A stretch of 64,000 nt of DNA from a virus. Its lineage: Duplodnaviria; Caudoviricetes. The stretch is from positions 160,001 through 224,000 of IMG/VR virus record IMGVR_UViG_3300047321_000298. One strand, given 5' to 3'. Below the pieces are notes generated by a model that did no database searches, was not told the origin of the DNA, and worked only from the letters and a program-made list of their open reading frames with translations. This document shows positions 37,628-46,178 of this stretch, one piece after another (within the stretch, counting starts at the first letter, position 1; each line of letters opens with the position of its first letter). A program made the translations under genes and the position numbers.

Positions 37628-39564
37628 TGACGATCTCCGCTAATCAGTCATCAAAAGTTATCACGCAAGAAATCAACCTGTCGCAAGTCGTTACTTCGGC
37701 TTCAACGTCAGTCGTTGCACAAGTCGTGGTGTCGAAGCAGGGTTCCACGTCCCCGATGCTGTTCACGAACGCTCAGGACTATCTGGCGCAGTACGGAAAC
37801 CCCAACGCTGCAATCTCGTTTGACGTGTATTGCGCGCTGGACTACTTCAAGCAGGGCAATCAGTTGTGGGCTTTGCGCGTAGCGGGTGCCGGGGCCCTGT
37901 ACTCGTCAGTGCTGATGTGGACGGACGGCAACCTGACGTACCTGACGCCGATTACTGCTGGCGTCACCGATCCGACTCAACCAGATTGGGCAGCGTTGCT
38001 CCCTGCGGGCACCGGCCACGAAGCTATCGCCTTGTTCTATCCCGCGATGGGTCCTGGCTCATATGCGGACAACTACGCAATATCGATTGCGTCATCGAAC
38101 ATTGCGACGCCTTCAGGTCTGGCGCTGGCTTCGAGCAATACAGGCGGAGTACTTCCCTCAGCAACATACGAGTATCAAGTATCGGCTGTGGGTGCGAACG
38201 GTGAGACTCTCGTTTCGCAGCCTGTGCAGATCGTGATTGCGGGTCCGCAAGTAACGAACAGTGTGACGTTGTCGTGGAATAACGTACCGCTCGCTCAGGG
38301 CTACAACATCTACGGCCGCACTGCTTCGGGGGTCGGCTACATCACGCAGGTTGGACAAGGAACGCTGACGTTCACGGACACAGGCGCGATCACTGTCAAC
38401 ACGAACAAGCAGCCCCTCGTGTCGCCTGCCGATCTGGAAGCACCGAATCCAGTGTTCACGGTTTCAGTGTTCAACACGGCACAAAGCTCCACATACCCAG
38501 TTGAGCAGTTCGATTGCTCGCTCGAAGACAACACAGATTCGACCGGTCTGGAAACTGAGCTTGAACAACGTATCAATCCGTTCTCGCAATTCATCCAGGT
38601 CACGTCGAACGTTCCGGCGCTCACATCAGCACCGGCTGTTGATTCGGTGGTTACAACGAACCTGGCTGGCGGCAACTCAGGTGCGGCTCCCACGTCAACC
38701 GACGTTGCTGGCGCATGGGACACGTTCTCGAACAAGCAACTGTATGCAGTGAACATCCTGCTGAACTCTGGGCATGCATCGCCAGATGTGCAGTTGGCGA
38801 TGGACTCACTGGCTCAGCGTCGTGGTGACTGCGTGGCGCTCCTTGACGTGCCCTCAGCATCACAGAAGTTCCAGCAGGCAATCAACTATCGCAATCTCCA
38901 GTTGAACCTGAACTCAACGTATAGCGCGCTGTTCTCGCCGGACGTTCTGGAAGCTGACACGATCAACGGCAAGCAGCAATACGTGCCGTTCTCAGGTCAG
39001 GCCGCTGCACGCTGCGCATATACCGATTCAGTTGCTAACCCCAGCTTCTCGATTGCTGGTCTGAATCGCGGGCTGCTGGATGTTCTGGGTACGCGCTATA
39101 CGTACGATGCGGGCCAAATGGATGCGTTGTTCCAGGCTCAGGTGAACTACACGCAAACGTTCGTTGGTCAGGGTACCGCACTCTGGGAACAACAGACGAT
39201 GGCCGCAGAAATGTCGGCGCTGTCGTGGGTATCAGTTCGCCGGATCGTCAACGTGATGAAGGTCGCGCTCTACAAGTTCCTGTTGTATTCGCTGCAGGAG
39301 CCGAACGACGACTTCCTTGGCCGTCAGATCGTTAGCTCATGTTCGGACTATCTCCAAACCATTCAGAACGCACGCGGCATCTCAGCGTTCTCGGTGGTGT
39401 CCGACACGAGCAATAACACGGCTCAGGACTTCAACACGGGCGTGCGTAACGTCACCGTGATCATCATCCCGACGATCCCGACGCACATCATCAACCTGCA
39501 AGTTGTGATTTCGCAGCAGGGCGTTTCGTTCACTGAAGCGCTTTCGCAGGTGAGCCCTGGTTAG
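37627..39564 (+). CDS. contractile tail sheath protein
   Basis: 645 aa; VITQEINLS N-terminus, RGDCVALLD, SIAGLNRG, WEQQTM...SVRRIVN, LQEPND sheath motifs. Confidence 0.92.
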   Translation: MTISANQSSKVITQEINLSQVVTSASTSVVAQVVVSKQGSTSPMLFTNAQDYLAQYGNPNAAISFDVYCALDYFKQGNQLWALRVAGAGALYSSVLMWTDGNLTYLTPITAGVTDPTQPDWAALLPAGTGHEAIALFYPAMGPGSYADNYAISIASSNIATPSGLALASSNTGGVLPSATYEYQVSAVGANGETLVSQPVQIVIAGPQVTNSVTLSWNNVPLAQGYNIYGRTASGVGYITQVGQGTLTFTDTGAITVNTNKQPLVSPADLEAPNPVFTVSVFNTAQSSTYPVEQFDCSLEDNTDSTGLETELEQRINPFSQFIQVTSNVPALTSAPAVDSVVTTNLAGGNSGAAPTSTDVAGAWDTFSNKQLYAVNILLNSGHASPDVQLAMDSLAQRRGDCVALLDVPSASQKFQQAINYRNLQLNLNSTYSALFSPDVLEADTINGKQQYVPFSGQAAARCAYTDSVANPSFSIAGLNRGLLDVLGTRYTYDAGQMDALFQAQVNYTQTFVGQGTALWEQQTMAAEMSALSWVSVRRIVNVMKVALYKFLLYSLQEPNDDFLGRQIVSSCSDYLQTIQNARGISAFSVVSDTSNNTAQDFNTGVRNVTVIIIPTIPTHIINLQVVISQQGVSFTEALSQVSPG

Positions 39565-39575
39565 TAGACCGAAGT

Positions 39576-39602
39576 AGGGTGCCAGAAAATCGGCACCCTT
39601 TT
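39576..39602 (+). terminator. intrinsic terminator
   Basis: agggtgcc-N8-ggcaccct-ttt. Confidence 0.65.
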
Positions 39603-39615
39603 CAGAGGAAAAACT

Positions 39616-40065
39616 ATGAAGCTTAAAGCATCAACCAGATTGCTCGCGGATTCTCCCGTCATCGCGCCGTCTGATTCGTTCAGAGACGAGAACAAAGAGC
39701 AGTTGAAGGATCGCCAGTCTGAGAGCCGGAAGACCGAAAAGACGGATAGCGGCAGCCCTTCAACCGAAGCCTCATCTACTGCGGTTTCTCAGGGTTCGCA
39801 GGCACTGCCTCAAACCGAAAGCACCTATGCGCGGCTCATCCAATCCGGAGCAGAGGACGACCCTCTCACGATGGATATGGAGGACGCGTGTACGGCTGGC
39901 GACACATCGGACGGTTACGTACCGAACTCAGAAACGGGTTTCGAGCTAGAGGGTCCGGACGTGGATGAGAACTACCTGAACGTAAGGGGCTGCTCGACAG
40001 AGGACGAACTGCTGGCTGACGCGGACCCGACCCTGTGGAACAACGCCGAACAGCCGATGGGGTGA
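39616..40065 (+). CDS. acidic protein with leader peptide
   Basis: MKLKASTRLLADS; RBS gagg. Confidence 0.7.
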   Translation: MKLKASTRLLADSPVIAPSDSFRDENKEQLKDRQSESRKTEKTDSGSPSTEASSTAVSQGSQALPQTESTYARLIQSGAEDDPLTMDMEDACTAGDTSDGYVPNSETGFELEGPDVDENYLNVRGCSTEDELLADADPTLWNNAEQPMG

Positions 40066-40068
40066 GGG

Positions 40069-40365
40069 ATGAAACTCAACGCGATGTACCGGCTACTCGC
40101 ACTTTCTGCGCTGGATCATGCGCGAAACGTGGAGAAGCTATTCGACACCCTGAGGTCACGCCATATGAGCGTTGTCCTCAACAAGACCGATTACACCATC
40201 GGATTCAGATCGGACACCGAACAAGTGCTCCGGGCGCTAGGGCTCATGGGCTTTCGCAAAAACGGCACCAGCCACAACGGAATGATGCTCTCAGACGGGC
40301 ATCAGGAAATCCGTTTGTTTGAACCACGCGAAGGCTGGCCCCCAATCGCACAGCTTCTACATTAA
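40069..40365 (+). CDS. small protein with leader peptide
   Basis: MKLNAMYRLLALS. Confidence 0.7.
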   Translation: MKLNAMYRLLALSALDHARNVEKLFDTLRSRHMSVVLNKTDYTIGFRSDTEQVLRALGLMGFRKNGTSHNGMMLSDGHQEIRLFEPREGWPPIAQLLH

Positions 40366-40377
40366 AGGAATTCAGTT

Positions 40378-40884
40378 ATGTCACGGACAAGTTTGTTTGA
40401 TGTCGAGAGCGTAGCCGATCCGGCGCAGTCGTGGAACTTCGATATGTTCCTGCCAGCGATTCCCGGTTCGTCAGATACGCGAGCTTTGACGTGGAAGTGC
40501 ATGACCTCAGCGCTGCCAGGTTTCGGCTTCGACAACGTTGAGGTTCCACTTCACGGAATCGTCCTGAACTATGCGGGCCGCAAGACGTTCACGCATACGT
40601 TCAACTCAACATTCATGGAAGCATCAGATTGGTCAACGCGTTCGCAGTTCTACGCGTGGTCAGAATCAATGCGTTCGTGGATTAACAACAGCGGAACATT
40701 CGCATCAGCCTACAAGGTCAACGCTCAACTCGTTGTGTACAACGATCTGCCACAGGTCTCGCGCACGATCAACGTGATGGGTATGTGGCCTGCTGAAGTT
40801 GCAGACGTTGAGCTGGACGGCGGCGCTTCGAACCTCATTTCACTCAATATCACTTGGCGCTTCGACTATCTCCAAGATACCTGA
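40378..40884 (+). CDS. tail tube protein
   Basis: 168 aa; DPAQSWNFD, NYAGRKTF, Y-K..YNDLP..TINVMGMWP T4-gp19-like pattern. Confidence 0.85.
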   Translation: MSRTSLFDVESVADPAQSWNFDMFLPAIPGSSDTRALTWKCMTSALPGFGFDNVEVPLHGIVLNYAGRKTFTHTFNSTFMEASDWSTRSQFYAWSESMRSWINNSGTFASAYKVNAQLVVYNDLPQVSRTINVMGMWPAEVADVELDGGASNLISLNITWRFDYLQDT

Positions 40885-40904
40885 TGCGCGACTCCGGAGT
40901 CTAT

Positions 40905-42035
40905 ATGTTGAAGATCAATGCTGCATCTAGACTTCTGGTGACTGCTGAAGGGGAGTGGTTTTATTCACTCCCCGACGAGATGCAAAAGCAGTACATAGAA
41001 GAACATCCGGAATCCAAGTACGCCAAGGACTACAAGCCCAAGGGCGATAACCCGTCGATTCCGGGTCCCCAGACTGCACCAAACGACCCGCAATCGCCTC
41101 AAAATCAGCCCAAAGTGCAAACCCCAATGGGAGCACCGGGCAGGCTCCAGAGACCGCCAGCGCAGTTGGTTAAGCCCAGGCCGCAGTTGCCAAAGAAGAC
41201 TGAAGAAGCGCTGAAACATGTGCCGAAACCTGTTGGAAAGGCACTTAAAAACGGTGGCATGAAGCCCAAGTCGAAAGAGCGGATGGAGATTGCAGAGAAG
41301 CTGAAGGCGAAGACTCCACGTCTTGCGCGCGGCATGCTTAAAGACACGATGGGTGCTGCAAAAGGTTTGGCATCAACCTACAACATCGTCGTCAAGGGCA
41401 AGCCTGAACAGGGCGACTTCAAGAAGGTCGCGTCGATGTTCGGGACGATTCTTGGATCATCGGTGATGGCCGCTGCAATTGGGACCACGGGTCCAGTTGG
41501 TTTCCTCGCGTTCATGGCAGTCAAGCATATGGCTGCACCTGCTCTGTACCGAATGGCACAGAAAGCGTTCCATCCGCCTCCCGAACCTGACTCTTATGGC
41601 TACTGGGCAGATGAAGACACGTGGGTCGATATGCCTAAGGCGGAATGGGAAAAGCTGACCGACAAGGAAGCTGACCGCCGATTCAAGGAAGGCCAGAAAA
41701 AGAAGGCGCTAGAGAAACACGGTCACGGCTATTGGGACAAAGGTCAGTGGCATGCGCAGCCGCGCGCAGAGTGGGAACAGGATTTCAACAAGCGCGGGCC
41801 TGGGAAGCGTTCAGACATCGGCAAGCAGGGTGCGTCAGTGGTCACTGCCACGGACGAGGAAAAGCAGATGACCCAGCTTCTGGAGACGCTGTTCGATTTT
41901 GTGGAGAACGGAGATATCCCGAAGGAAGCTATCGAGCGTGCAGTCTACGAAATGGCTGATGCACAGATCGCTAGGGACCGTGAGCACGAGAAAGAGCAGC
42001 TTCAGAGGCAAGAGCACGAGAATTCTCGCGATTAA
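40905..42035 (+). CDS. protein with leader peptide, WF..HP motif and central hydrophobic/Gly-rich segment
   Basis: RBS ggag before ATG 40905; MLKINAASRLLVTAEGEWFYSLPDEMQKQYIEEHPES. Confidence 0.75.
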   Translation: MLKINAASRLLVTAEGEWFYSLPDEMQKQYIEEHPESKYAKDYKPKGDNPSIPGPQTAPNDPQSPQNQPKVQTPMGAPGRLQRPPAQLVKPRPQLPKKTEEALKHVPKPVGKALKNGGMKPKSKERMEIAEKLKAKTPRLARGMLKDTMGAAKGLASTYNIVVKGKPEQGDFKKVASMFGTILGSSVMAAAIGTTGPVGFLAFMAVKHMAAPALYRMAQKAFHPPPEPDSYGYWADEDTWVDMPKAEWEKLTDKEADRRFKEGQKKKALEKHGHGYWDKGQWHAQPRAEWEQDFNKRGPGKRSDIGKQGASVVTATDEEKQMTQLLETLFDFVENGDIPKEAIERAVYEMADAQIARDREHEKEQLQRQEHENSRD

Positions 42036-42123
42036 GCGTGCAACACCCGCAATTTCATTAGAGCAGTAACCTGCGCATCGACGCTCACAAGACTTCAATT
42101 TTCCTTTCGCAATAAGGTACAAA

Positions 42124-42870
42124 ATGGATACGAATACTCTGTCAATCACCGACTTCGAAATGAAGACTCCGACCATCGCGAAGGTCGTCATTTCGTACAC
42201 GGGTGGTTTCAACAAGGAGAAGGTTCGCGCCTCTCTTCTGAAGATGCTGGACAACCGCGCTGCACCGGTTGAAGATTCCTTCCGCCAGGTGCGTGCGGGC
42301 GTCGCTGTCGGCTTCCTGCGGGCTAACCGCGAAGTGCGTGTTGTGGACCCGAAGGAACTTCGCGCATCGTATCGCGTCATGGGTTCATCGAACATCATGA
42401 TGAGCGAAGTCGATAACTCGCTGTGGGAAGTGAAGCAAGGCAAGGGCGGTACGTTCCTCGCTCGCCACGGTCAGGAAGACCTGTCGGAACTGGTCGAAAG
42501 CTCAACGCAGCGCCGCACCGATGTCCCGGGCATTCGCCACCTGCAACTGGCGAAGGCCGTATCGGGCGAGTTCGTGGCATTCACCTCGAAGTCTGGCGAC
42601 ATGGACTACGGTTTCGTTGTTGCTTCGAACTCGGAAAAGGTTAAGGTCGTTTCGACCACGACTCAGATGCCCGCCGTCGCTTCGTACGATATGGTGTCGT
42701 TCATCGGCCGCGCTCCGATTCCGAAGTCGTTCGCTCAGGACATGGTGAAGGCTGGCATCAGCCGCGAAGACAAGTCGCAGGCCATCGAGTACTGGAAAAA
42801 GCTGTACTCATACAACCCGGCCTACCTGCAAATGGTGATCGATCAGGTGAACGAGGGCACAGTCGCCTAA
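42124..42870 (+). CDS. probable highly expressed late/virion protein of unknown function
   Basis: Biased codons like the MCP; AATTTCAT upstream; terminator downstream. Confidence 0.6.
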   Translation: MDTNTLSITDFEMKTPTIAKVVISYTGGFNKEKVRASLLKMLDNRAAPVEDSFRQVRAGVAVGFLRANREVRVVDPKELRASYRVMGSSNIMMSEVDNSLWEVKQGKGGTFLARHGQEDLSELVESSTQRRTDVPGIRHLQLAKAVSGEFVAFTSKSGDMDYGFVVASNSEKVKVVSTTTQMPAVASYDMVSFIGRAPIPKSFAQDMVKAGISREDKSQAIEYWKKLYSYNPAYLQMVIDQVNEGTVA

Positions 42871-42882
42871 CTGAGTTCAGAG

Positions 42883-42909
42883 AAAGCCCGCGTTTATCGT
42901 GGGCTTTTT
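42883..42909 (+). terminator. intrinsic terminator
   Basis: aaagccc...gggcttttt. Confidence 0.65.
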
Positions 42910-42929
42910 CTTTATCTAGGAAGAAAGAT

Positions 42930-43259
42930 ATGGAACTGAATGCAGCCACGCGACTGCTCGCTGATTGGTGGTCCGACTTAAGTCCGGAAGAGCAGGAGAA
43001 GTACATCAAGGACCATCCGCATTCTGACAAGGCAATGGAGAAGCGGAAGCACGCCTACCACAACCCAGAAGTGGAAATCTCCGATTCCCGCTACTCGAAC
43101 GGTAGTAAGATCGTACGCGTAAAATCTGAGACTGGTTATAAGACTAAAGGCCACGACGTTGCAGAAGAACTCAAGGGCCGCTGGTCGAACCGCGAGAAGG
43201 GCTACATCATGAGTCCGACCAAAGCCCTTAAGTTCCAGAAGATGATGGCTCAACAATAA
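42930..43259 (+). CDS. leader-array gene 1 (with WW..HP motif)
   Basis: MELNAATRLLADWWSDLSPEEQEKYIKDHPHS. Confidence 0.8.
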   Translation: MELNAATRLLADWWSDLSPEEQEKYIKDHPHSDKAMEKRKHAYHNPEVEISDSRYSNGSKIVRVKSETGYKTKGHDVAEELKGRWSNREKGYIMSPTKALKFQKMMAQQ

Positions 43260-43266
43260 GGCGATC

Positions 43267-43737
43267 ATGGAACTCAATGCAGGCTCCCGGCTGATCGAAG
43301 CCGCAACAGAGAAGCGACTTATTGGCGAATACGTGACGAAGAACGGGGAACCGGCAATCACGATCTATCAGGAAATCAATGATAAAGGTCGTGTTCAGTA
43401 TCGCCCCGACATCATGCACGACAAGTTCAGTTGCCCGCCGTTTCATGACCGTTCCGACTATCGCGAAGTCTATACGAAGGTTACTGAGGAACTGAAGCGC
43501 AAGCGCGGATGGAAGGCAATCAAGCCGTTGCCCGAACACGAACCGTCAACCCATGTGGAACCGACACACTACGAATTCCACGTGGAGTTTCTGGACGAGA
43601 ATGGGCGTATGGGCAAGCTCGATCACGCGGTGAAGGCGCGCAATCGCTTTGACGCGTTTGCTGAGTTGCTCCAGGGATTGAAACGAAGCGGCGGGATGGA
43701 AGTCGTTCACCGAATCACATGCACCGCTAGTAAATAG
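43267..43737 (+). CDS. leader-array gene 2
   Basis: MELNAGSRLIEAA. Confidence 0.8.
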   Translation: MELNAGSRLIEAATEKRLIGEYVTKNGEPAITIYQEINDKGRVQYRPDIMHDKFSCPPFHDRSDYREVYTKVTEELKRKRGWKAIKPLPEHEPSTHVEPTHYEFHVEFLDENGRMGKLDHAVKARNRFDAFAELLQGLKRSGGMEVVHRITCTASK

Positions 43738-43761
43738 ACACCGAATCGACTAGGGAATAAC

Positions 43762-44046
43762 ATGGAACTTAATGCGAGCACGCGACTGTACGCGGCAAAC
43801 CTCACAGAGAAGGCAGCGGAATTCCGCGCGCTGTTGAAACAGAAGGGTCTCAAGGTGCGCACCCGCGTCGCACCGGGTGGCGGTCAGGTGCAGGTGATCG
43901 CGCCGTCCTACGCAGAGCCGTTCACCGACGAGCAGAAGCTGACCATCAACCAGTTGGCCGTAGACCTCGGATATGTTGGTGTTAGGGGCACTCCTATCAA
44001 CGTGCACGGTGGCGATTCCCATCAACTCAACTTCTATCCGGGCTGA
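43762..44046 (+). CDS. leader-array gene 3
   Basis: MELNASTRLYAAN. Confidence 0.8.
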   Translation: MELNASTRLYAANLTEKAAEFRALLKQKGLKVRTRVAPGGGQVQVIAPSYAEPFTDEQKLTINQLAVDLGYVGVRGTPINVHGGDSHQLNFYPG

Positions 44047-44054
44047 GTAACCAC

Positions 44055-44516
44055 ATGTCACCACTCGAAAACGTAAAGCGCCTGTATCTCGATTATCTCA
44101 ATGCAGGGTTCAAGAAAGACGTGATCGCACGAAAGCTGAAAAGTCAGTTTCCGGGTGCGAAGTTCACGTTCAAGGGTGCAACGCTGTACGTTGCATTTGG
44201 CCTCAATCCAGAGCAGAAGGTGTTAGGTATGGAACTCAACGCAGCGCAGCGCTTGCAAGTCACAGCCTCCGACTATCACAAGCTGAAAGAACTCGCGAAA
44301 AAGTTCGAGCAGCAATTGAAGAAGGAGGGCGCTCCGGGCGTCGAAGTGACGTTCATCAGCGATGATGAAATCAACATCTTCAGCGAAGACAAGCACGCAT
44401 TTGACAAGGCGAAGCAAGTCCTCAAGAAGGTGCCGGGTCTAACCTTCAGCAAGGAAGACGTGGACAACGATCCCGATTTCGACGGCCCGCAATATCACGC
44501 CTGGTACAAGTTCTGA
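44055..44516 (+). CDS. leader-array gene 4; leader at in-frame internal ATG 44229
   Basis: Internal MELNAAQRLQVTA preceded by ttaggt. Confidence 0.7.
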   Translation: MSPLENVKRLYLDYLNAGFKKDVIARKLKSQFPGAKFTFKGATLYVAFGLNPEQKVLGMELNAAQRLQVTASDYHKLKELAKKFEQQLKKEGAPGVEVTFISDDEINIFSEDKHAFDKAKQVLKKVPGLTFSKEDVDNDPDFDGPQYHAWYKF

Positions 44517-44581
44517 TCACTTGCACAATACGTCAATAGGAGTAAGATGCTTCTGTTGACGTATTCATTGCGGAGAAGAAC

Positions 44582-44893
44582 ATGGAACTCAACGCAGCGC
44601 AACGGCTGACAGCAACTTCGGATCAGGACAACGTCTCGAAGGCTCTGATTGATCACAACTTCAAGCTGCCTTTGTTTGAGGTTGCTGTTGACGGGGCACA
44701 TGGCACTGTCTACGCGAAGCAGGTCGCCTCCCAAATCCGCACGGGCAACGTGAACATTTTTCTCAAGATGCAGGGCGAGAAGGATGTCCGCATTGGTGCT
44801 TACACAGACCACCCGCGCAACACGGTTTCCGATCTGAAAAGCTACGTGAAGGAAGAACTGCTCGAAGAAGGTACGATCACCCGATCATTGTAA
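44582..44893 (+). CDS. leader-array gene 5
   Basis: MELNAAQRLTATS; RBS ggag. Confidence 0.8.
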   Translation: MELNAAQRLTATSDQDNVSKALIDHNFKLPLFEVAVDGAHGTVYAKQVASQIRTGNVNIFLKMQGEKDVRIGAYTDHPRNTVSDLKSYVKEELLEEGTITRSL

Positions 44894-44902
44894 GAGGAAC
44901 TC

Positions 44903-45160
44903 ATGGAACTGAACGCAGCTACGCGGCTGATTGCGTCGGACATCGAAGAACGTCTAAAGGAAAAGATGTCGCGGTATGGCCACGCGACTTTTACTGGCAG
45001 GCGCGACTTCGATGCCATCGAGAAGCTGGAGCGCGAGGGAAAGCTCCAGGACTATGCCGTGTCTCGCGATGTATACAACGCTAACGGTCCCGAATTTAAG
45101 TCGCAGTGGAAGTCCCCGCGCTCAAAGACCGCCTACGAAATCACCGTGAGTCCGAAATGA
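44903..45160 (+). CDS. leader-array gene 6
   Basis: MELNAATRLIASD; RBS gagg. Confidence 0.8.
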   Translation: MELNAATRLIASDIEERLKEKMSRYGHATFTGRRDFDAIEKLEREGKLQDYAVSRDVYNANGPEFKSQWKSPRSKTAYEITVSPK

Positions 45161-45351
45161 TAGAACTGAACGCGGCGTACAGACTGCTCGCACTGAGCTA
45201 TGACGGCAACATCGGAATGATGGAGATGGTCAAGTTCTATAAGGTGGCGACACCGGAGCAGAAGAGCCTGATGCAATCCTTCCTCAGTAGCAAACAGTTT
45301 GCCAAGGGCTGGGAACTGCTCCAGGACGTGACCGGTGTCAAACTCAAATAA
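45157..45351 (+). CDS. leader-array gene 7
   Basis: ATGA coupling; MIELNAAYRLLALS. Confidence 0.8.
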   Translation: MIELNAAYRLLALSYDGNIGMMEMVKFYKVATPEQKSLMQSFLSSKQFAKGWELLQDVTGVKLK

Positions 45352-45372
45352 CCTCAAACACTGTACCAATCT

Positions 45373-45648
45373 ATGACGACACTTAACGCATCATCTCGGC
45401 TGACTGCGGGTGCCCCTCACGACCGGCACCTGGAAAAGATCGTCAACGCGATCAACCACAGCGGCATCAAGGCCGCACACATCAATTCGGAGGGTCAGGA
45501 AGTCGTGGTGAGTACCATGAAACCCTTCAACGTTCACATGCTTGGGAAGTTCGCTGAGCAAATGCACGTCGATCCGCAGCACATCAGCATTGAACTCGGT
45601 CACGGTGTCATCGAACTCCGTATTCCTGAGTTCGTAATCGGCAAGTAG
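45373..45648 (+). CDS. leader-array gene 8
   Basis: MTTLNASSRLTAG. Confidence 0.8.
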   Translation: MTTLNASSRLTAGAPHDRHLEKIVNAINHSGIKAAHINSEGQEVVVSTMKPFNVHMLGKFAEQMHVDPQHISIELGHGVIELRIPEFVIGK

Positions 45649-45656
45649 GTAGAATA

Positions 45657-45908
45657 ATGACGGGACTCAACGCAGCCACCCGCCTCGTGGCATCCGAGCC
45701 ACGACTGACGCGTCAGGAACTGTTTAAACGGGCCCGCGATAAGGGGTACAAGGTGACGGATAGGGGAACGCGCGTTTTCGTTACCCTGAACCGGTACACG
45801 TCGCTTGTGTTCTACGAAGACGGTTCGATCTTCTTCGCAGACATGGACCTATCGGCAGCAAAGAAAATCCCGCTGAAAGAAGCCTTTCGGATTTTGAAAC
45901 TCCTGTGA
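45657..45908 (+). CDS. leader-array gene 9
   Basis: MTGLNAATRLVASE. Confidence 0.8.
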   Translation: MTGLNAATRLVASEPRLTRQELFKRARDKGYKVTDRGTRVFVTLNRYTSLVFYEDGSIFFADMDLSAAKKIPLKEAFRILKLL

Positions 45909-45915
45909 GAAACCC

Positions 45916-46143
45916 ATGACTGAACTCAACGCAGCCACCCGCCTCGTGGCGACGGAAACCGAAAAGCCAGGTCATGGCGAAGTCGGCTCGCACGAGTATG
46001 AGAACTACGGCAAATACTTTCGTAGAGGTGATCTGGTGAAAGATAACTACGGCAAGTTACATACAGTGCGGGAGCATCGCGGCCCACAAGTATTTTTTCA
46101 GGACGGGGGCTACGCCCACCCGTCGAAACTGCATCTAGCCTGA
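45916..46143 (+). CDS. leader-array gene 10
   Basis: MTELNAATRLVATE. Confidence 0.8.
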   Translation: MTELNAATRLVATETEKPGHGEVGSHEYENYGKYFRRGDLVKDNYGKLHTVREHRGPQVFFQDGGYAHPSKLHLA

Positions 46144-46146
46144 AAG

Positions 46147-46178
46147 AAGCCCCGTTGAGAAATCTTCGGGGCTTTTTT
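46147..46178 (+). terminator. intrinsic terminator closing the array
   Basis: aagccccg-N12-cggggctt-tttt. Confidence 0.75.
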
